Shown here one piece after another: positions 58,845 through 64,000 of a DNA stretch of 64,000 nucleotides. The notes below the pieces were generated by a model, which was not told the origin of the DNA, searched no databases, and saw only the letters and a program-made list of their open reading frames with translations. The number at the start of each line of letters is the position of its first letter. Position 1 is the first letter of the stretch. Origin of the DNA: Bacteriovoracia bacterium (GTDB taxonomy: Bacteria > Bdellovibrionota > UBA1018 > CAIPTA01); NCBI GenBank assembly GCA_050246755.1, contig JBFWVL010000004.1, forward strand, positions 128,001-192,000, written 5' to 3'. The translations under genes were made by a program, and so were the position numbers.

Positions 58845-60005
58845 TTAGTCGCGGTGGGTTCCCGGTTTATCCAGAACAAAAAATAGCACTCCCGCGCCCG
58901 CTAAGGCCGCCACCGAAGAGCCCACAAGGATTCCCGCCTTAGAAACCATTTCCAGTTCCGCCGGCAGCGCGAGGCCCCCGATAAAAAGAGCCATCGTGAA
59001 ACCGATTCCTCCCACCAGCCCCACGCCGGCAATTTGGCTCCAGCGCAGCCCTTTGGGAAGTTCGGCGATTTTCAGGAGCGTACCGAGCCAGCTAAGCAGA
59101 ACGATCCCGATTGGTTTTCCAAAAATCAGGCCAAAGCCGATGCCGAGAGACACGGGGTGCGCGATCAATTCCCCAAAATTGTTTCCTCGCAGATCCACGC
59201 CCGCGTTTGCCAGCGCAAAGATAGGCATAATGAGAAAGTTTACGAAGGGATGAAGCAGCTCCACAAGATCGTTCAAGGGAGATTCGATGCGGCCTTCATC
59301 GTTGCGGATACCCAGCGGGGTGAGAAAGCCCAGGATCACGCCGGCCACCGTGGCATGCACTCCCGAGCGCAGGAAGAAGAACCAGGCCGCAGTGCCGAGA
59401 GCGATATAGGTGGCGTAACAGCGGAAGCGGAAGATGCGCGCTAAGTAAATAAGTAAAAATACTCCCGCGGCCGCGAGAAGGTAAAGAAAGGCAATTTTCT
59501 GGGTATAGAAAAAGGCGATTACCAGCACGGCTCCGAGATCGTCCACGATGGCGAGGGCCAGTAGAAAAACTTTTAGAGAAAAAGGAACACGCTTACCAAA
59601 AACCGACAACAAGCTAACGGCAAAGGCAATATCGGTGGCCATAGGAATTCCCCAGCCATGCGCGGCCGGGCCGCTAAGATTAAAAAAGTGGTAGATGGCG
59701 GCGGGAAAAAGCATTCCGCCGATGGCAGCCAAGATGGGAAGTCCCGCTTTCTTTGGCGTGGAAAGCTCGCCGACCACCAGCTCGTGCTTGATTTCCATGC
59801 CCACGACGAAAAAGAAAATCGCCATGAGCCCATCGTTGATCCAGTGATGGAGTGTGAGGCTAAAAAACGTGAAGTTTAAGGCGTGAGTGTAGGTTTCGTT
59901 GAGGGGGCTATTAGCAATTACCAGCGCTACGAGCGTGCAGGCGGCGAGGAGGATTCCCGAGGCGGCTTCTAAGTGGAGGAATTTTTGTAAAAAGGTCATA
60001 TTCAT
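58845..60005 (-). CDS. nhaA: Na+/H+ antiporter NhaA
   Basis: WINDGLMAIFF, GWGIPMATDIAF, LAIVDD and GIGFTM. Confidence 0.96.
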   Translation of the reverse strand: MNMTFLQKFLHLEAASGILLAACTLVALVIANSPLNETYTHALNFTFFSLTLHHWINDGLMAIFFFVVGMEIKHELVVGELSTPKKAGLPILAAIGGMLFPAAIYHFFNLSGPAAHGWGIPMATDIAFAVSLLSVFGKRVPFSLKVFLLALAIVDDLGAVLVIAFFYTQKIAFLYLLAAAGVFLLIYLARIFRFRCYATYIALGTAAWFFFLRSGVHATVAGVILGFLTPLGIRNDEGRIESPLNDLVELLHPFVNFLIMPIFALANAGVDLRGNNFGELIAHPVSLGIGFGLIFGKPIGIVLLSWLGTLLKIAELPKGLRWSQIAGVGLVGGIGFTMALFIGGLALPAELEMVSKAGILVGSSVAALAGAGVLFFVLDKPGTHRD

Positions 60006-60787
60006 TAGGGGTTCTTTAAATAAATATCATAACGAACCGTTTTCCCCTCCAGGGAAAAATCCGGCTCACGGCCCACCGCGATGGTGGGCGCATCGTCGGG
60101 TCTTTTCACCACCACCCGCTTACGCGCTTTCGCCCAGGCGGCTTTGAATAAATCTAGCACATCGGGATCCTTGCCCACGAGCTCGCGGTAGAGTTGCATT
60201 TCCTTTTTTTGCTTGGCGCTCTTGGTTTCATCGCGGGGATACATGGGATCTAGGAAGATTGCGTCGAATGCCGGGGTTTGAGGATCGGCCATGAAATCTT
60301 TGGAATCGCCGAAGTGGAAATAAAGCGGAAATTCTTCGAAGCGTCCCATTTCCTTCACGCGTAAAAATGCGTTCATCACGAGCTCGGCCGCCACGGGGTG
60401 ACGCTCGCAGGCATAGACTTCCACTTCGGGAAAGGTAGCGAGGAAGAAAGCGTCGTAGCCGAAGCCGCAGGTGGCGTCGAGGATGGTGCGCGTGCCCTTT
60501 TTTAGGCCCAAAGCTTTGGCCAGCATGTCGTTACGAGAGGCGCCCTTCCAGCGGCGGGCGAAATCTCCCGCGAGGAAATCGATGGTGATGGGCTTGAAGT
60601 CCGGATGGCCGGGGCAGAAAAGATAGAGCGCCTCGTCTTCGTAAAATAAAATCCATTCGGCGCCGTCGGGCGGCTCCTCGGAATTCACGAGCTTCACGCC
60701 GAGGCGCTGGGCGAGCTTGAGGCTTTCCGTGTCTTCCTCGTCCACGCCCCACACGATGAGCCCCGCGGGCAAGGCGGAATTAGGCAT
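60005..60787 (-). CDS. rsmJ: 16S rRNA m2G1516 methyltransferase (RsmJ/YhiQ family)
   Basis: ILDATCGFGYD, FLDPMYP, KKEMQ and RVVVKRP. Confidence 0.85.
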   Translation of the reverse strand: MPNSALPAGLIVWGVDEEDTESLKLAQRLGVKLVNSEEPPDGAEWILFYEDEALYLFCPGHPDFKPITIDFLAGDFARRWKGASRNDMLAKALGLKKGTRTILDATCGFGYDAFFLATFPEVEVYACERHPVAAELVMNAFLRVKEMGRFEEFPLYFHFGDSKDFMADPQTPAFDAIFLDPMYPRDETKSAKQKKEMQLYRELVGKDPDVLDLFKAAWAKARKRVVVKRPDDAPTIAVGREPDFSLEGKTVRYDIYLKNP

Positions 60788-63770
60788 TGACCTTGGCGGA
60801 AGCGTGGGATGCACGAATTTTCGCCCACACATCTCCCTTGCTCATTTTGGTGAGCTCAATGGCAGAAGCGCGGTTGGGAAGGATGGGAATTAAGTTTGGC
60901 GTGAGCGTTTCGCTCAGGGTGAGGTTCTTATTGGCGAGCACCTCGTCTACCCGATCGATCGGCGTGAAGTGAGGCACGGTTTGCAGCACTTCCGGCGTTT
61001 CGTGCACGATTTTGTGAATCTCCATCACGGTGGCGAGGAAATCGTCGAGCTCGGCTTTGGTATAGCTCTCGGTAGGTTCCACCATGAGCCCGAGTACTTC
61101 GGGGAAGGCTACCGTGGGGGCGTGGAGGCCGAAATCGAGGAAGAGCTTACCAATACGCGGGATCACCATCGCGCGGGGAATGCCGCCCTTCTCTACCTGG
61201 GCGAAGCTTTCTTTCGAGAGCGTGAGGATGAACTCGTGCATGCGCGGCGTGGGCTCGGAACCCGCGGGCAGCGTGGGGAAATACTTGCGGAGGGTATTGA
61301 ATAGGTAGCGCGCGGAGAGCACGGCCACCGCGCTCATGCGGGGCACGCCTTCTTTGCCGAGGGCGCGTAGATAGGTATAGCAGCGCACTTTATGCCCGAA
61401 GTTTCCGAAGTGCCTTTGCACGGAGCCGATGGAGTGCTTGGTCTTCACTACCTTGTAGCCGGAAGCATCTTTCACGGCTTGATGGCCAGGTAAGAAGTCG
61501 GCGAGCTTTTCGCTCACGGCCACGAAAGCATCGCCCGGGCCACCGCCGCCATGGGGAATGCTCCAGGTTTTATGGGTATTATTATGAACCGCGTCCACGC
61601 CCATTTTGCCAAGGTCGATCCAGCCGGCAATGGCGTTCATGTTCGCGCCGTCCATGTAGACGAGTCCGTCCACGCCGTGGATGAGGTCAGCCACCGCTTT
61701 AAAGTTCGTCTCTAAGATCCCGCTAGTATTAGGGTTCGTGACCATTACCCCGGCGATGCGCTGGCCGAATTCGTCCACCAGGCTTTTTACCTGAGTGAGA
61801 TTCATCTGCCCGCTGGAATCGGCCTCGATGAGCTTAATATTCTCGGTGGCGTAGCCGGCCATGGTGGCAGTGGCGGGATTGGTGCCGTGAGCAGAGCGCG
61901 GGATCAAAAGGATATCGCGTTGCTCGCCTTTTTTGCGGTGGTAGGCCTGGAACATTTTTAGTCCCACGAGCTCCCCCTGGGCGCCGGCCATCGGCTGCGT
62001 GGTCACGGCGGGAAGGCCGGTGATTGCCTTGAAATATTCCTGGGTAAGGTAGAGAAGCTCGAGTGAGCCTTGAGCGTCTTCCGCGGGTGCCTGGGGATGG
62101 AGATCGGCGAATCCAGGGAGCGCGGCGGCCCAATCGTTCACGTACGGATTGTATTTCATCGTGCAGGAGCCGAGCGCGTAGATATTGTCGTCGGGGCTCA
62201 CGTTCTGCTCGCCTAGTTTTGTATAGTATTCCTTGATCTTCGCCACCGGTACGCGTGGAAGACTAATCCGGCCTTGGCGGAGCGCTGAAGCGGGAATCGC
62301 CGCAGCTTTTATCGGGGCGGATTTCCCCGAAAATTCTTTGGCGAAGAAGGCCGCGAGCTGGTCGATATCGGCTTTAGTGTGGCGGTCCGAAAAAGAAAGC
62401 AGGAGCAAATTGCCCTTGCTGGGTGCACGCGCCGAAACGTCCACGCCGATATGCAAATCGGAATTTCGTGCCGATTGGATCAAGTCCGCGGTGGGTTTCG
62501 GCACGGCGAGGCAGAGCTCGTTCCAGAAAGGAGCCTCGGGGTAAGCGGGCTTCACGCCTTCGAAGGCCGTGAGCTTCTCGAGTGCATAGAGCGCATTTTC
62601 GCGCGCTAGCTTCGCGGAAGCGGCCAGGCCCTCATCTCCCCTTTCGAGAAGCGCAGCGCCGGTGAGCGTGGCGAGGTAGCTCTGGTTAGAGCAGATATTC
62701 GAAGTGGCCTTCTCGCGGCGAATATGCTGCTCGCGGGTGGAGAGCACGATCGCGAAACAATCGCGGCCCGCGAGGTCTTTGCCTTTGCCGATGAAGCGGC
62801 CGGCGGTTTGGCGGATATCGTTTTTATTCTCGGCGTTGTAACGGATGCCGAACATCCCGAGGCCCGGGCCGCCGAAATTTGGGGCGATCGAGAGGTGTTG
62901 CCCTTCCGCCACGAAAATGGAGGCGCCTTTTTGGCCGAACGCCGAAGGCGGCTTGAGCGCGCCGGAAGCGATCGCCATGGGGTCGATCACTGCCACGGAG
63001 TGGGTGCCGAGCTCGGCGGCGAGGTCGGTGAGTGCATCTACGTCTTCGAGGAGCCCGAGAAAATTCAATTGAGGGAAAGCCAGGCAGGCGAGCTTATCGC
63101 CCACGCTGGCCGCGGCCGCTTTCATCGCCGCAGGGGAGACGCGTCCCGTGGCGGGATCCGCTTTCACGAATACTAAATTCAAGTCAGTTTCCGCCGCGAG
63201 AGTCCGTAGGGTTTCCACATCACCTGGAAAAAGGGTTTCGGCGATCACCGCCGTATCGGAATCACCGCGCAGGCGCTGCGCGCACTTTAGCGCTTCGAAG
63301 AGGCCGGTGGCCCGTTCGTAGAAGGATGCGTTGATTGCTTCGAAGCCCGTGATGGCGGCGATGGCGCACTGATAAATCCAGATGCTGGTGAGCGTGCCTT
63401 GGCTGCGCTCCGGCTGGTACGGCGTATAGGCTGTGGTGAGGTTCCGGATCCCGAGTACGTGGGGAACTACTTCGGGGGTTTTATAATGCTGCAGGCCATC
63501 GCCGATGAAAGAGAGGCGGGGTTTATTTTTCTGCGAGAGCTCCCGCATATGGTGAAGCAATTCTTCGTAGGGTAATTCCGCGGGCAGATCTAGATTTTGC
63601 AGGCGCACTGATTCGGGCACGTGGGAATAAAGGTCCGCGAGTTTTTTCTGGTCCAGCGACTCCAGCATCGATTCGATGTCTCCCTCGGAGGCGCAGATAT
63701 AGTGACGGGCCAACTCTCGGGGCAGCTGGTTCGGGTCGTAACCGAGGCCAGTGGAATCGATTTTTTTCAT
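60780..63770 (-). CDS. gcvP: Glycine dehydrogenase (decarboxylating), single-chain P protein
   Basis: TAYTPYQPERSQG, TREQHIRREKATSNICSNQ, LGSCTMKYN and PLP lysine motif THKTWSIPHGGGGPG. Confidence 0.94.
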   Translation of the reverse strand: MKKIDSTGLGYDPNQLPRELARHYICASEGDIESMLESLDQKKLADLYSHVPESVRLQNLDLPAELPYEELLHHMRELSQKNKPRLSFIGDGLQHYKTPEVVPHVLGIRNLTTAYTPYQPERSQGTLTSIWIYQCAIAAITGFEAINASFYERATGLFEALKCAQRLRGDSDTAVIAETLFPGDVETLRTLAAETDLNLVFVKADPATGRVSPAAMKAAAASVGDKLACLAFPQLNFLGLLEDVDALTDLAAELGTHSVAVIDPMAIASGALKPPSAFGQKGASIFVAEGQHLSIAPNFGGPGLGMFGIRYNAENKNDIRQTAGRFIGKGKDLAGRDCFAIVLSTREQHIRREKATSNICSNQSYLATLTGAALLERGDEGLAASAKLARENALYALEKLTAFEGVKPAYPEAPFWNELCLAVPKPTADLIQSARNSDLHIGVDVSARAPSKGNLLLLSFSDRHTKADIDQLAAFFAKEFSGKSAPIKAAAIPASALRQGRISLPRVPVAKIKEYYTKLGEQNVSPDDNIYALGSCTMKYNPYVNDWAAALPGFADLHPQAPAEDAQGSLELLYLTQEYFKAITGLPAVTTQPMAGAQGELVGLKMFQAYHRKKGEQRDILLIPRSAHGTNPATATMAGYATENIKLIEADSSGQMNLTQVKSLVDEFGQRIAGVMVTNPNTSGILETNFKAVADLIHGVDGLVYMDGANMNAIAGWIDLGKMGVDAVHNNTHKTWSIPHGGGGPGDAFVAVSEKLADFLPGHQAVKDASGYKVVKTKHSIGSVQRHFGNFGHKVRCYTYLRALGKEGVPRMSAVAVLSARYLFNTLRKYFPTLPAGSEPTPRMHEFILTLSKESFAQVEKGGIPRAMVIPRIGKLFLDFGLHAPTVAFPEVLGLMVEPTESYTKAELDDFLATVMEIHKIVHETPEVLQTVPHFTPIDRVDEVLANKNLTLSETLTPNLIPILPNRASAIELTKMSKGDVWAKIRASHASAKVNA

Positions 63771-63952
63771 GTCTCTCGTCTTATCAAATATCGAGAGGAA
63801 ATTGGGGAATTTCCGAGCCAGCTTTTCGGGAGAAGCCGGCTGGATTCGGTGCCCCAAAATGCCGCAAAGCACCAAACCGATTTAGTCCAACTCCTAGTAT
63901 TTTCTATTTAACCTTGTTAGTGTTTTTTCGATTCTAGCCTTTATTAGGAGAT

Positions 63953-64000
63953 ATGTTCATGAGCCGTTCTTGGTGGATGCGTCTAACGCTCTTAGCTTTT
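63953..64000 (+). CDS. 5' end of a probable secreted protein (truncated by window edge)
   Basis: AGGAG upstream, then MFMSRSWWMRLTLLAF, which resembles a signal peptide. Confidence 0.4.
   Translation, partial: MFMSRSWWMRLTLLAF

Noticed and set aside
63771-63950. Glycine riboswitch upstream of gcvP
   Set aside because: Conserved GGAGA/CCGAAG/CTCTCAGG elements were not found in the right arrangement.
1-64000. CRISPR array, rRNA, tRNA or IS elements
   Set aside because: No regularly spaced repeats, RNA gene signatures or transposase motifs recognised by eye.

Overview
This 64 kb window is core bacterial chromosome, most likely from a Bdellovibrionota/Oligoflexia-type predator (inferred from the gene set and many short secreted hypothetical proteins). 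In order it contains: pheT(3' part)-ihfA-merR; a complete type II secretion cluster gspCDEFGHIJKLMN on the minus strand; HD-GYP, Hsp20-like, tatA, lnt and subtilase genes; a solitary tyrosine recombinase; pepE/pepN; a secreted SH3-MepA-like murein endopeptidase; an unusual rpsR-rpmG-rplX mini-operon (rpmG is missing from the ORF track); sucAB-lpdA; hmgA/hppD; radical SAM-rnhA; ahcY; oppA; nhaA; rsmJ; and a single-chain gcvP. I recognised no tRNA, rRNA, CRISPR array or IS element. Top candidate for an undescribed system: a Cre-like (Trp-type) tyrosine recombinase with a 34-bp loxP-sized palindrome abutting its start codon (30506-31632), 7.6 kb from a dif-like site (38111-38138) at the probable replication terminus. 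Also notable are recurring sigma54 promoters with TGTC-N9-GACA boxes placed back-to-back with sigma28 promoters, and several structured intergenic elements. All calls come from reading motifs by eye; no database searches were run.
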